Positions 1-10,671 of a stretch of 64,000 nt of DNA are shown one piece after another. The notes beneath the pieces are model-generated. The model was not told where the DNA came from and did no database searches. It saw nothing but the letters and a program-made list of their open reading frames with translations. How positions within the stretch are numbered: position 1 is the stretch's first letter; every line of letters begins with the position of its first letter. The stretch lies in the IMG/VR virus record IMGVR_UViG_3300028840_008160, positions 186,001 to 250,000 of that record; one strand, 5' to 3'. The position numbers and the translations under genes were made by a program.

Positions 1-14
1 ATCAACAGAGTAAG

Positions 15-245
15 ATGGCGATGTTGAAGAAGAATGACGTTGTCATTCTATCATTGAAAAATAGTTCAAAATATTTTCATCCTTTGCTTATAAAATTTGA
101 GTCGGTAATCATATCAGCGACAAATGAACAGATTACTATACCAGCTCCGGTAAAAAGCGCGTCAGAAAAAACTTGGACGATTAAACATGATGACATTGAT
201 TTGTTACTATTGAAAATTGGCAATGAAAAAAGCACTCTTAGTTGA
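15..245 (+). CDS. hypothetical protein
   Basis: 76-aa ORF overlapping the start of the next gene; no motif recognised. Confidence 0.5.
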   Translation: MAMLKKNDVVILSLKNSSKYFHPLLIKFESVIISATNEQITIPAPVKSASEKTWTIKHDDIDLLLLKIGNEKSTLS

Positions 246-1131
246 CGCACATCATCTGTTAAGCCGAACATATCATGTTCCGTCTTTTCAGAATATGTCT
301 ATAGAGATTGATGGTGAACGAGTACATACAGGCGCTGCATACGGATTTTTATTGTCATTGAAGAAATTTATTGAATTACATAAGCATAATGATGATGTTT
401 TAATTGTGGTCTGGGATGGTGGTCGTGGATTTAGAGTAAAATTAAGTCCTACATATAAAGCAAACAGAACTAAAAGAACATCTGAGTTCATTGAACAGTT
501 GAAATTAACTAGACAATTTTTACACGTCATGGGCGTAATGCAGTGTCAAGTCGCTGATGCTGAAGCAGATGATGTAATTGGCACATTAACTCGTAGAGCT
601 AGAAGTACCGGTTATCAAGTTCTAATTTTATCTGGCGATAAAGATTTCAATCAATTAGTAAGTAAACACGTAAATATATTGAATCCAAAAGGCAAAGATG
701 AATATATTTTAGTTACGCCACAATATGTAAAAGAAAAATATGGTATAACTCCTAGTTTATTTATCGATTATTTAGCTCTTCTAGGTGATTCGTCAGATAA
801 TGTAGCTGGTTTAGAAGGCTGCGGAAAGAAAACTGCTTCTGAACTTGTTCAATGCAACGGTACAATTGAAGATATTATTGCAGCTAAAACTCTCTTTAAG
901 TTTGGTCGTGATGGATCTAAAAAATCTGTAAGTAAAAAATTGGAAGAAAAAATTAAATTAGCCACTGATCAACTTAAATTATCAAAGCAGTTGGTTAGTA
1001 TAAGAACAACAGAAAATGCTGAAATAGAATATGATAAACCTAATTTTTTGACTCTCAAGGCGATGTTTAAAACTTATGGATTCAAGACATTTTTAAATAG
1101 GTTCAACGAGTTTGTTGCTGCGTTTTCTTAA
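223..1131 (+). CDS. 5'-3' exonuclease / flap endonuclease (Pol I N-terminal domain-like)
   Basis: LLVDAHHL, VVWDGG, YKANR, EADDVIGTL, ILSGDKDF, ALLGDSSDNVAGLEGCGKKTA (H3TH) motifs; ATG at 223. Confidence 0.93.
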   Translation: MKKALLVDAHHLLSRTYHVPSFQNMSIEIDGERVHTGAAYGFLLSLKKFIELHKHNDDVLIVVWDGGRGFRVKLSPTYKANRTKRTSEFIEQLKLTRQFLHVMGVMQCQVADAEADDVIGTLTRRARSTGYQVLILSGDKDFNQLVSKHVNILNPKGKDEYILVTPQYVKEKYGITPSLFIDYLALLGDSSDNVAGLEGCGKKTASELVQCNGTIEDIIAAKTLFKFGRDGSKKSVSKKLEEKIKLATDQLKLSKQLVSIRTTENAEIEYDKPNFLTLKAMFKTYGFKTFLNRFNEFVAAFS

Positions 1132-1226
1132 AACAATGATTTAAACACTGCGAACTTTACGACATACATGTATATAAGCATTTCACAACATAACAGTACT
1201 AATGTAATACGAGACCAACTTTTTTT

Positions 1227-1252
1227 GTAAATTTAAGCTTGCTACAAGTATA
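1227..1252 (+). promoter_or_regulatory. putative phage promoter GTAAA-N16-GTATA
   Basis: same spaced motif (each preceded by T) also at 1735-1760 and 45880-45905, all intergenic and upstream of ORFs. Confidence 0.45.
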
Positions 1253-1320
1253 TAATGACAAAGTAGACAATGGAAATAACTTATCAGTTTAACCGGCCTT
1301 AACCAAAATAGGAGGTGTTT

Positions 1321-1677
1321 ATGGCCACTCGCAGAAAGACAAAAGATCAGCAGTTTAGAATGCCTGATCTGATCACTGTCGTTCAGGAAGTTACAAGCCT
1401 TTCTCGCCGTGAATCAAAGGTGGCAATTCAAGCTGTTATTTATGCCATCAAGAAGGGTCTGGTGGAAAAAGGTTATGTGAAGATTCCTGGTTTTGGTAAG
1501 TTTGTCAAGGTTCACAAGGATGCAACTGAACGTAAGTCATTTGGTAAGATGACAAAAATTCCTGCAAAGGATGTCGTGAAGTTCCGTCCGTTGAAGAACC
1601 TCAAGCTGCTCACCAATGGACAGATTGAACTTGAAGTTTATGATGATGAGGAAGAAGAAGCAGACGACGAAGAATAA
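1321..1677 (+). CDS. HU/IHF-family histone-like DNA-binding protein with acidic tail
   Basis: VKIPGFGKF...IPAKDVVKFRP HU signature; GGAGG RBS at 1311-1315. Confidence 0.9.
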   Translation: MATRRKTKDQQFRMPDLITVVQEVTSLSRRESKVAIQAVIYAIKKGLVEKGYVKIPGFGKFVKVHKDATERKSFGKMTKIPAKDVVKFRPLKNLKLLTNGQIELEVYDDEEEEADDEE

Positions 1678-1702
1678 ACTTCATTCATTTCTGGATAAAG
1701 TC

Positions 1703-1732
1703 AAAGCTGGCGCTTATGCGCCAGCTTTTTTT
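1703..1732 (+). terminator. intrinsic terminator
   Basis: aaagctggcgc-ttat-gcgccagcttt hairpin followed by a T-tract. Confidence 0.9.
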
Positions 1733-1734
1733 CT

Positions 1735-1760
1735 GTAAAGTTGACGATAAAAAATGTATA
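1735..1760 (+). promoter_or_regulatory. putative phage promoter GTAAA-N16-GTATA
   Basis: second copy of the spaced motif, directly after the terminator and upstream of the base-modification genes. Confidence 0.45.
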
Positions 1761-1788
1761 GAAAAATAAAATTGGAAGGATTGTAAAT

Positions 1789-1950
1789 ATGAAAATTAAA
1801 TGTTCACATTGCGGGTTAGAAAAAGAAAAGAAACGAACAGTCGTCAGAGCTGTCGATTCGCATAACAATTTAGTTGAATATTTTTGTAATGAATGCAAAA
1901 ATGTTACTGTCAAACTTGAAAATATAGAGGATGGGGCGTATGAAAAATGA
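1789..1950 (+). CDS. small zinc-ribbon protein (53 aa; not in ORF track)
   Basis: MKIKCSHCG...YFCNECKN, two CxxC pairs; GGAAGGA RBS upstream. Confidence 0.65.
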   Translation: MKIKCSHCGLEKEKKRTVVRAVDSHNNLVEYFCNECKNVTVKLENIEDGAYEK

Positions 1951-2659
1951 AGATGTTGTAGTTCAAAATGTGTTTGTTCCGTTTGTAAAAAAGATTAACA
2001 ATGGTGAATTTGTAATTGATAAGACAGGCGTAAAAACTGTTGAGATATTAGGATTACGTATGGAATTAGATCCTAATCAGAAAATGTTAGATTTTTTTGG
2101 CATTCGTAAAACTCCACAACAATATGTTGAGCAAGAAATAGCATGGTATGATAGTCAGGATTTATCTGTTAAAGATATTGGTCAACATGCAAAAATTTGG
2201 TTGAATGTTTGTTCTAAAGACGATAAACAATTAGTTAATAGTAATTATGGTTATTTAGTCTATAGCGAAGCTAATGGTAACCAATTTGTGAATGTGAAAA
2301 ATGAATTACAAAAAAATCCATTTTCAAGACGTGCTTTAATGATTTACAATCGACCGTCAATGCATGTAGATTACTGTATTAATGGAATGTCTGATTTTGT
2401 CTGTACATTAGGTCAACAATTTTTTATTCGTGACAACAAATTAATTTCTATCGTTGAAATGAGAAGTTCAGACATGATGTATGGTTTCTTTTCTGATTTT
2501 CCGTGGTTTGCTACAGTTCAAGAAAGACTATTAACGTCACTGAAAGAGACAAACAATGAACTTGACATGGGTCAATTGATTTGGATATCAAATAGCGGTC
2601 ATCTTTATGAACGACATTTTGATATGGTTCAAAATATAGTTGCTGCTGCAAAGTCATAA
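1940..2659 (+). CDS. thymidylate synthase-fold protein, probable dCMP hydroxymethylase (T4 gp42-like)
   Basis: NSNYG, SRRA, catalytic DFVCT, RSSDMMYGFFSDFPWF (Asp at the position that selects cytosine in gp42; Asn in true ThyA), HLYERHF. Confidence 0.82.
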   Translation: MKNEDVVVQNVFVPFVKKINNGEFVIDKTGVKTVEILGLRMELDPNQKMLDFFGIRKTPQQYVEQEIAWYDSQDLSVKDIGQHAKIWLNVCSKDDKQLVNSNYGYLVYSEANGNQFVNVKNELQKNPFSRRALMIYNRPSMHVDYCINGMSDFVCTLGQQFFIRDNKLISIVEMRSSDMMYGFFSDFPWFATVQERLLTSLKETNNELDMGQLIWISNSGHLYERHFDMVQNIVAAAKS

Positions 2660-2674
2660 ATCAAGGGAATTAAA

Positions 2675-3793
2675 ATGAAAATTGGTTATTCTGCATGGGG
2701 ATTTGTCGGCGACGGCGTGCTAGATTCACCAGATGGTGGTCGATTAACTCGATCTTTAATGTTATCTCATCTTATTAAGCGAGGTCATACTGTTGTATGG
2801 TTACAACAAAACCGTGACATTGATGCAGACGGACAGCCTTTATTTATAAGCGGTCGATTATACAAAGACGAACAAAAACAACTGTTATGTTCTATTGAAT
2901 ATGCAAGCGAAGGATTTCCTGAATTAGACGTATTGTTTCTCGAATGGCGGTGGAAATTACCTGGTCGCAATTGTAACGTTGATACAACCAGTAAAGCATA
3001 TACACCAGATTTAGATCGACAAAGCCAGTTATTGAATTGTTATTTAAAAACTGGAACAAAAGTTTTGATTTGGGATAAAGACGAAACATTAAGTAGAGAC
3101 GATGAAAAAGAACTTATGGAATTAAGTAATAATGGCGGCAAGAATATTTCAATTATGTCGCCGGCATTATTTCCAGAATCTCATTTATTTGGTCGATATT
3201 CTCTTTTGTTTCCTTGTGATTTACAGAAGATAAAAGGAACAAAAGTAAATAAAGATGCTAGATATTTGATTGGTTATGTCGGTTCGCAGTATGAACGCGA
3301 TTATCAAGTATATAAGTATATCAATCCGTTTGCATTTAAATATCCACAGCAAGTCATTTTTGCTGGCAATTGGACAAAATATCTAGAAAAAGCGGAAAGA
3401 AATCATAGTAATTTTCCTTGCATAACATTTGTTGATCGTATTTTACCAAAAGATATGTGGAAAGTTTATCGCGAATGTATGACATCAGTTTTATTATGTA
3501 AGAGTAATTATGCAATACATGGACATATTACACAGCGAATTCATGAAGTAGCTGCGAATGGTGTAATTGGAATTGGACTGGCTGAACAAAAAGGAATTGA
3601 ACAATTTGTAGTTGACAATAATAGGATACAAGATGCTTATGATTTGATTCATTGTATTGAATATCTTCAGTCATTAGATATTGACAAGCGTCAAGCAATT
3701 TTAGATGAACAGATAGATAGATTAGAACCATTTGATATAAACAATGTAATGCGAAAATTGGAAGATATATTTGCCACAGAAGGCATTAAATAA
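2675..3793 (+). CDS. GT-B glycosyltransferase, probable DNA base glycosyltransferase
   Basis: N-terminal MKIGYSAWGF..G..DSPDGGR, YVGSQYER, GHITQRIHEV motifs; directly after the hydroxymethylase gene. Confidence 0.65.
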   Translation: MKIGYSAWGFVGDGVLDSPDGGRLTRSLMLSHLIKRGHTVVWLQQNRDIDADGQPLFISGRLYKDEQKQLLCSIEYASEGFPELDVLFLEWRWKLPGRNCNVDTTSKAYTPDLDRQSQLLNCYLKTGTKVLIWDKDETLSRDDEKELMELSNNGGKNISIMSPALFPESHLFGRYSLLFPCDLQKIKGTKVNKDARYLIGYVGSQYERDYQVYKYINPFAFKYPQQVIFAGNWTKYLEKAERNHSNFPCITFVDRILPKDMWKVYRECMTSVLLCKSNYAIHGHITQRIHEVAANGVIGIGLAEQKGIEQFVVDNNRIQDAYDLIHCIEYLQSLDIDKRQAILDEQIDRLEPFDINNVMRKLEDIFATEGIK

Positions 3794-4498
3794 ATGTTTA
3801 TAGGTGTTACTGAGCGCGGTGATCCGGCTCATGATTTTTCATGGACTGAATGGGTTTACGATAATAAGCCTGCGATTTTAATTACAAAAAATCCAGTAAA
3901 AATATGTGAAGTGTTAAGCAAAATGAGCGTACGTAATGTTATAGTGCACGCTAATATTACAGGTTTTGGTGGGTCAATCATCGAGCCAAATGTATTAAAA
4001 CCAGACGAAGCCATACTTGGTTATTGGGAGTTGATCAAATTGCTTGGTACTGATAGAGTTGTTTTAAGAGTAGATCCAGTTGTGCCGACTGTTAATGGTG
4101 TAATTACAGCAAAAGCTATTCTGCATATGACTAGAAGTACCAGAACTAGAATATCGTTTATAGATTTGTATGACCACGTAAAAGAACGATTTAAACTTCA
4201 TTCAATTGATATTCAGTCTGAAAATTCTGAATCATATTTGCCATGGAATGATTTTCATGCACCGTTATCACTTAGAAAGAAAGTATGGGAAGAACTTGGA
4301 AAACCTGAAGTTTGTGGTGAACCAGGGTTTGAATGTTTAGGATGTGTTTCTAAAATTGATTGTAAAATTTTAGGTGTAGATCCCATAGATGGAAATAAAG
4401 GACAAAGACCATATTGTGCATGCGTAGCTAATAAGAAAGAATTATTAATAAAACGAGGTCAATGTCCACATGGATGTCTTTATTGCTACTGGAAATGA
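3794..4498 (+). CDS. DUF1848-like Fe-S / radical-SAM-related protein
   Basis: ITKNP, ITGFG..IEPNV, LRVDPV, QRPYCAC, C-terminal CPHGCLYCY. Confidence 0.7.
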   Translation: MFIGVTERGDPAHDFSWTEWVYDNKPAILITKNPVKICEVLSKMSVRNVIVHANITGFGGSIIEPNVLKPDEAILGYWELIKLLGTDRVVLRVDPVVPTVNGVITAKAILHMTRSTRTRISFIDLYDHVKERFKLHSIDIQSENSESYLPWNDFHAPLSLRKKVWEELGKPEVCGEPGFECLGCVSKIDCKILGVDPIDGNKGQRPYCACVANKKELLIKRGQCPHGCLYCYWK

Positions 4499-4501
4499 AA
4501 A

Positions 4502-6412
4502 ATGATCGATAAAGAAGAATTAAGACAAAGATTATATAATACAGGTGAGAAGAAAGATTTTGTGCATTTGCATTTGCATAGTGATTTTTCTTTGAAAGAT
4601 GGCATCGGGAAACCAAATCAATATGCTAAAAAAGCAATTGCGCTTGGCATGCCGGCTTTGGCAATAACTGATCATGGTAGTATTGGTGCACATCCATCAT
4701 TTTTTATGTTTTGTAAGTCAAATGGTATTAAACCTATAGTTGGTGTTGAAGCATATTTGCAAGATCGACGTTATGAATATAAAGATGTTGAAGAGCAATT
4801 AAGTGATATTGATAAAAAAATTAAGTTGTTGAAACAAGCATTAAAGCATAAGAAATTAAATAAGCAGTTTGTGAACAAATATATTGAATATTATCGAAAA
4901 ATGTTGGATATGTCAGACGCTGAATTTGAAGATATTGATGCTTTAGATTTCAGTGAAGTAAAAGAATGTGTAAACAATACGTTACTTAAATTTCAACAGA
5001 TACAAAAAGATGTAGTTAATGAACGTGATAGTCTTAGAAAGAATCAGCATATTGTTTTATTGGCAAAAAATGAGCAAGGTCGTAAAAATATTACAAAAAT
5101 AGTTAGTGATGCTGCAAGGAATGGATTTTATTATAAGCCTAGAACATCATTTGATTTTGTTGCAGAAAATCATCACGGCATAATAGCAATGTCAGCTTGT
5201 CTTGGTGGCATTATTAATAATGTAATGTTACAATATGACAATGAAGCTGAAGCTGAAGCTGCAGGATTAGAAGTAGCAAAACAATACAAAGACGTTTTTG
5301 GCGATGATTTTTTTATTGAAATTATGATAATTGATATCGATCGTCAGAGACAAGCAAATACATTATTAGTCAAAATTGCTAAAAAACTTGGTATTAAGTT
5401 AGTCATTACAAATGATGTTCATTATTTAGATAAAGACGGAGCCCGGGCACAAGAAATATCTCTTATGCTTGGTTCAAAAGACGAAGTTGGACAGCAAGTT
5501 ACAATGCGAGATAAAAAGAGACAAGCAGCTATTAAAGAAATATTAGAAACTATTGGTAATGACAATTCTGCTGCTCACATTAAAAGAGTATACAACGATT
5601 ATATTGAATTAGACAGATTTGCTGAATTTAAACCGACAAAACAAAAGAATAAGTTATCAATCACATTGGACGAAATATCTGACATTGTTAGTGGTAAAGT
5701 TAAATTTAAACGTATATGGGAATTTTCTACAAAAGATTTTTGGTTTAAAGATCGACATGAGATGGTTGATGTTTATATAGATCAAGGGCATTACGAATAT
5801 TTAGATTCTGAAATTTTTGTTGAAGCATTAAATAACACGATTAAAGTAGCAAATATGATTGATGAATGGGAATGGGATACAAAAGAGAAATTGCCAAAAA
5901 TTGAGTTAGAAGAAGGTAAAAGCAGCTATGATTATATGGTCGAAATGGTTCGTGATGGGTGGCAACGAAAAGCTGAAGATAGTTGGTATGAAGAAAATAA
6001 TGTTTATGCGAAGCGCGTCAAATATGAATTGAGCGTAATACGACGAATTGATTTAGCAGACTATTTTGTTATTGTAGCAGATTACATTAAATTTGCAAAA
6101 AATCATAACATACTTGTTGGCGCAGGAAGAGGATGTTTTTTGCCTGAAGTTAATAAAGTAAAAATGGCTAATGGAACGCAGAAACAAATTGAACAAGTCA
6201 ACAGAGGTGATAAAGTTGCAAATAAGTTTTGGGGTGAGGCTAAAGTTGAAGAACATTTTGTATATGACATTGATGAAGATGTTGTAGAATTAACTTTTGA
6301 AAATAAAGTTATTATTTGTACTATGGATCATAGATTTTTTACTAGAAATAGAGGCGAAGTAAAGGCAATTGATTTAACAGAAGAAGATGAGATTTTATAT
6401 GAACTGGACTAA
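4502..6412 (+). CDS. dnaE: DNA polymerase III alpha, N-terminal piece (PHP domain) fused to an N-intein
   Basis: [50 protein letters not shown]; GAGRG is followed by intein block A (CFLPE) at 6134. Confidence 0.93.
   Translation: MIDKEELRQRLYNTGEKKDFVHLHLHSDFSLKDGIGKPNQYAKKAIALGMPALAITDHGSIGAHPSFFMFCKSNGIKPIVGVEAYLQDRRYEYKDVEEQLSDIDKKIKLLKQALKHKKLNKQFVNKYIEYYRKMLDMSDAEFEDIDALDFSEVKECVNNTLLKFQQIQKDVVNERDSLRKNQHIVLLAKNEQGRKNITKIVSDAARNGFYYKPRTSFDFVAENHHGIIAMSACLGGIINNVMLQYDNEAEAEAAGLEVAKQYKDVFGDDFFIEIMIIDIDRQRQANTLLVKIAKKLGIKLVITNDVHYLDKDGARAQEISLMLGSKDEVGQQVTMRDKKRQAAIKEILETIGNDNSAAHIKRVYNDYIELDRFAEFKPTKQKNKLSITLDEISDIVSGKVKFKRIWEFSTKDFWFKDRHEMVDVYIDQGHYEYLDSEIFVEALNNTIKVANMIDEWEWDTKEKLPKIELEEGKSSYDYMVEMVRDGWQRKAEDSWYEENNVYAKRVKYELSVIRRIDLADYFVIVADYIKFAKNHNILVGAGRGCFLPEVNKVKMANGTQKQIEQVNRGDKVANKFWGEAKVEEHFVYDIDEDVVELTFENKVIICTMDHRFFTRNRGEVKAIDLTEEDEILYELD
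6134..6409 (+). mobile_element. intein N-terminal fragment (92 aa) of a split intein
   Basis: starts with Cys after GAGRG; block [10 protein letters not shown]; ends [11 protein letters not shown] just before the stop. Confidence 0.85.
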
Positions 6413-7658
6413 ATTTAGAATTACCAGATATAAAAAGAAATTTCCCAATATTCCTGAAAATTTGCTAAATATATTAGTTGAATCTGCTGATAGATTTTTA
6501 ACAATTGATGAAGCACAATTATTTAAAAATCAAAACATTCAATCAAAACGAAAAATTAAATCTAATTGTGACATTTGTAAAGAGGATTTCACTATAGGTT
6601 TAACAAAATGGCTTAAACGAAAACATTCTGTTAGTATATGTCGAAAATGTTATGTTCCAAAGTTTGTTACAAAACAAAAAGACTGGTTAGACTCTCAATC
6701 TCGATGTCAAATTATAGCTCAAAATCGACAAGAGGTTAAAGTAAAAATGAGTGAATCTATTAAGAAAATGTGGAAAGAAAATCCTGAGAAATTAGAACAA
6801 ATGAGACAAAAAATAATTGAAAAAATCGATTCATCTTCTAACTATAGAGACGCAATATTAGGTTCTGATAATAAAGGCTTTATTCATTGTAGATTTGGAA
6901 AAATTAGATTTGATTCTTTGGCAGAATTAATGTTTATTATACAATGTGATAAGGACAATAAAATCGTAAGTTTAACAAGGTGGAATAAGCCTGGAATAAT
7001 TTATGAAGGGCAGACAAAAACAAAAAGATATTACCCTGATTTTGTAGTTGATGAAAAATTAATTGTAGATATAAAAAGCGGATTTGTTCAAAGTAAAGAT
7101 GAAAATTTAAACAATAAAATTCTAGCAACTAAAAATAATTATCCATTATTTGATGTTCAAATTATTAGTCCATCTATTTTGACAACATATAAATTTAGAA
7201 ATTTGATCAAATTGAATTATAATATTGAATTTTCGCATAAGTATAAACAGATTTTATATGAAAATGGTACTAAATTAGCCTCATCTTTTCAAAAAAAAAT
7301 CAGTGAAAAATCTGAATTTACTACATTAAAAAGTAAAAGAATAATACATTATAAAGGTCAAGTTCATGATCTTAAAGTGTCAACTCCAGATAGATCTTAT
7401 ATTGTGAATAACATAGTTGTTCATAATTCCGCTGCAGGCAGCCTTGTATGTTATCTTTTAGATATAACAAATGTCGATCCGATACAGCACGGGTTGTTGT
7501 TTGAGAGATTTTTGAGTATGTCTAGAAGTATGGCAATATATGATTTGTCAATTGATGACTTGTCAAGTGATGATGTTGAAGATGTAATAATTAATACAGA
7601 TAGTAAACAGTTTCATAATTGGTATGAGAATGAACGATTAATTAGGTTAGAAGAATGA
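6399..7658 (+). CDS. dnaE: putative homing endonuclease (PD-(D/E)xK type) + C-intein + short DnaE C-extein
   Basis: CDIC/CRKC zinc motif, NUMOD3-like [28 protein letters not shown] nuclease motif, VHDLKV...IVVHN intein end at 7427, then [29 protein letters not shown] (DnaE). Confidence 0.85.
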   Translation: MNWTKFRITRYKKKFPNIPENLLNILVESADRFLTIDEAQLFKNQNIQSKRKIKSNCDICKEDFTIGLTKWLKRKHSVSICRKCYVPKFVTKQKDWLDSQSRCQIIAQNRQEVKVKMSESIKKMWKENPEKLEQMRQKIIEKIDSSSNYRDAILGSDNKGFIHCRFGKIRFDSLAELMFIIQCDKDNKIVSLTRWNKPGIIYEGQTKTKRYYPDFVVDEKLIVDIKSGFVQSKDENLNNKILATKNNYPLFDVQIISPSILTTYKFRNLIKLNYNIEFSHKYKQILYENGTKLASSFQKKISEKSEFTTLKSKRIIHYKGQVHDLKVSTPDRSYIVNNIVVHNSAAGSLVCYLLDITNVDPIQHGLLFERFLSMSRSMAIYDLSIDDLSSDDVEDVIINTDSKQFHNWYENERLIRLEE

Positions 7659-10636
7659 CAAAATTAGATTATATTCAGTTTCTTTGCGAAGAACGGTTGA
7701 CTAAACTTGGTTTACAAGATGACAAACGGTACATCCAACGGTTAGAACGAGAATTGACAAACATTGAAGTTCAAAATATACAAAATTATGTTTTGACTGC
7801 AGCTACAAAAGGCAAACACATAGACAGTCATGGTTCATTAGTTTATTTTTTACTTGGCATATCAAATAGTGATCCTATTCAAACAAACGAACCGCTTGTA
7901 ATAAAAAAGCAATCATCATTTCCTGATATTGATAGTGATTTTAGTATTAATGAAAGAGAACAAGTTGTCAAATATTTTATTGACAAATATGGTAGCGACC
8001 ATGTGGCGCCAATTGGTTCTTATGGTCAAATGAAAATGAAAATGGTTACACGAGATATTGCTCGAATTTTTGACATTGATTTAGATGACACAAATGAAGT
8101 TGTAAGAAATTTGCGAGATGATGTTGATGCTATGACAGAAGAAGAATTTGATGTCGCTATTGCAATAGAACCTGGTGAAGAAGGTTTTAGACAAGATTTA
8201 TACGATTTACGATTGTATTTTGATAGACATCCACAAGTTCGCGAAATCATATTTATGCTTAAGGGACAGCTTCGTCATTTAACAAAACATCCGGCTGGTG
8301 TTGTAGCTGTGCCGACAAAGATTGACGAAACAATACCATTAATGAGGCATAAAGACACATTGATTACTAGTTGGGTTGATGGTATTACAAGAAAAGATTT
8401 ACAATCATCAGGTTTTATTAAATTTGATATACTTGGTTTGAAAACTTTAACTATTATCAAAGAAATTTTAGAATTAATTCGATCAAGAGGCAAGTACAAT
8501 GCTAATGCTGATTTTGATTTGCAATCAATTGACAACGGACAGATGACATCTCAATTTTATGAAGACTTTTCAATACGATTACCACTTGATGGGAATAATG
8601 AAATATATGAACGATTTAGAAAAGCAGATACTAATGGTATATTTCAATTTGAATGTGTACACGGTGATACGTGGATCGGCAATTATAGAATGCGAGAACT
8701 ATATAATAAATTCGAAATAGATCCAGAATCAGTACATAAAATAGGTTGTTATAACTTTCAGAAAAAAACTAAAGTACGACAACAAATAGACGCGATGCAG
8801 AAAAAGCAAAAACGGTTATTTAGATTAGTTATTGAAGGTGACAGATGTATAGTTATTAGTTTCACGCATAGATTTTATACAAAGAATGGTTGGACGACGT
8901 TAGGTAGATTGACTACTAATGATAAAGTATTAATTGATCATGCAAGGTGTCGAACGCAATATTATTGCGATCAATCTGATACTATTGTTGATGGTTGGGG
9001 GACAGGGCCAAAATGTGCTCAGTGTATAAAAGAAAAACGACGTGTTTGTCCTTCGCAAGTTTTAGGAAAGTTTAAACGTCATTTTAAACATAGATATTCT
9101 TTTGTAAAAGTCAAATCAATAACTGATATTGGCATTCATGATGCATATGATATTGGATTTGATGTTAATAAGTTAAGACATAATTATGTTGCTAATGGAT
9201 TTATCGTTCATAATAGTGCTTTGATGAAATCATTGTTGAAAGAGATTAAGCCAACTGCATTTGCTGACATTACTTCTGCTACAGCATTAGGTCGCCCCGG
9301 TCCGCTTGATATGGGCATGCATCATGAGTATGCTGCTAGGAAAAATGGGAAACAATTTGATTTTGGTTCACCTCACATTGAAGCATGTTTAAAAGAAAGT
9401 TTTGGTATTCTAGTATATCAAGAAGATGTGATGAGATTGTGTCACATGGTTGCTGGGTTTCCATTAGATTTGACAGACACTGTTAGAAAAAATCTAATGA
9501 AGTCAATTCGCGATACTGATGCTAAAGATAAGGCTGCTAAGCAACGAAAAGAAATCACAGACATGTTTATTAAAGGCTGTATGGATAAAGGCCTTAGTCA
9601 AAAAGTTGCTGAATCTTGGTGGCAAAATTGTTGTTCTTTTGCACGTTATGGATTTAATAAATCTCATGCGGTAGCATATACAATTTTAAGTTATCAAATG
9701 ATGTGGTTTAAAGTTTATTATCCATTGGAGTTCTATGTAGTGTTATTTTCAAATTCACCAAAAGAAAAATTTACAAATTATTTTTCTGAGACTATGAATA
9801 AAGGCATAAGCATCGTTCCTGTCGACATTAGGTTAGCTAATGAAGGATTTTCAATACATGGTGAAGATAGCATTATGTTTGGATTAAGTCATATCATGGG
9901 CGTTGGACCGTCTGTTGTTAAGATAATATTAGATGCACAACCGTTTAATTCATTCGATGAATTTTGGGCTAGAACTGCTAGTGTTAAAAAGGTTGGGAAA
10001 GCAGCAATGTTGGCGCTAATTAACGCACATGCGTTTGACGCATTTGGGCCACAAAATGAAATATTAGAACGATATTTTCTTCATTTTAGACATGAGAAAA
10101 AATGGTCTAGAGATGTTGATTATGACAATAAACAATTTGAGCATGAGAAATTTATTGAAGCATATAGTCTTGATTGGCGTACGAAATTATCAGAAGCTCA
10201 AAAAGCAATATTGAAAAGTTTGAATGCGAAATTGTTAACAAGATTAGTAAATCCAACTGTTAATATGCGGCGCAATGTATGGGGTGTTGTAACAGATATT
10301 ACATTAAAAACTAGTAAAAATGGTAATCGTTATTATTATGTGTTTTTGACCGATTCAAGATTTAATATTGTGAAAATACGTATACCGTGTTACAATAGAC
10401 GATGTAAAAAAGCGTTTATGTTGAATCAGTCAACTGGAAAATACACAAAAGTTAATATTGATGATGTAATAAAGTTGAGCAACATATTAACTGGTCAAGC
10501 AGAAACAAGCGAGTATATGGGCCGAATATTTATTGATTTATACGATGTTTGTTGTATTGGTAATATATATGAAAAGTCAGTCCAACAAAAAGAACGATTA
10601 GCAAAATACGAGAAAGTTTTAAGTGAAGAACAATAA
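7655..10636 (+). CDS. dnaE: DNA polymerase III alpha, catalytic piece, containing a mini-intein
   Basis: [66 protein letters not shown]-terminal OB fold. Confidence 0.95.
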   Translation: MTKLDYIQFLCEERLTKLGLQDDKRYIQRLERELTNIEVQNIQNYVLTAATKGKHIDSHGSLVYFLLGISNSDPIQTNEPLVIKKQSSFPDIDSDFSINEREQVVKYFIDKYGSDHVAPIGSYGQMKMKMVTRDIARIFDIDLDDTNEVVRNLRDDVDAMTEEEFDVAIAIEPGEEGFRQDLYDLRLYFDRHPQVREIIFMLKGQLRHLTKHPAGVVAVPTKIDETIPLMRHKDTLITSWVDGITRKDLQSSGFIKFDILGLKTLTIIKEILELIRSRGKYNANADFDLQSIDNGQMTSQFYEDFSIRLPLDGNNEIYERFRKADTNGIFQFECVHGDTWIGNYRMRELYNKFEIDPESVHKIGCYNFQKKTKVRQQIDAMQKKQKRLFRLVIEGDRCIVISFTHRFYTKNGWTTLGRLTTNDKVLIDHARCRTQYYCDQSDTIVDGWGTGPKCAQCIKEKRRVCPSQVLGKFKRHFKHRYSFVKVKSITDIGIHDAYDIGFDVNKLRHNYVANGFIVHNSALMKSLLKEIKPTAFADITSATALGRPGPLDMGMHHEYAARKNGKQFDFGSPHIEACLKESFGILVYQEDVMRLCHMVAGFPLDLTDTVRKNLMKSIRDTDAKDKAAKQRKEITDMFIKGCMDKGLSQKVAESWWQNCCSFARYGFNKSHAVAYTILSYQMMWFKVYYPLEFYVVLFSNSPKEKFTNYFSETMNKGISIVPVDIRLANEGFSIHGEDSIMFGLSHIMGVGPSVVKIILDAQPFNSFDEFWARTASVKKVGKAAMLALINAHAFDAFGPQNEILERYFLHFRHEKKWSRDVDYDNKQFEHEKFIEAYSLDWRTKLSEAQKAILKSLNAKLLTRLVNPTVNMRRNVWGVVTDITLKTSKNGNRYYYVFLTDSRFNIVKIRIPCYNRRCKKAFMLNQSTGKYTKVNIDDVIKLSNILTGQAETSEYMGRIFIDLYDVCCIGNIYEKSVQQKERLAKYEKVLSEEQ
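8654..9214 (+). mobile_element. cis mini-intein (187 aa) at the DnaE FQFE/S site, with a Cys-rich insert and no LAGLIDADG domain
   Basis: FQFE|CVHGDT ... THRFYT ... [17 protein letters not shown]|SALMK. Confidence 0.9.
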
Positions 10637-10671
10637 AACTTTAGACCTTTTCTGCATACTATATAAAACAA

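Noticed and set aside
1940-2659. Canonical thymidylate synthase thyA
   Set aside because: Asp rather than Asn at the specificity position and the adjacent glycosyltransferase favour a dCMP-modifying enzyme
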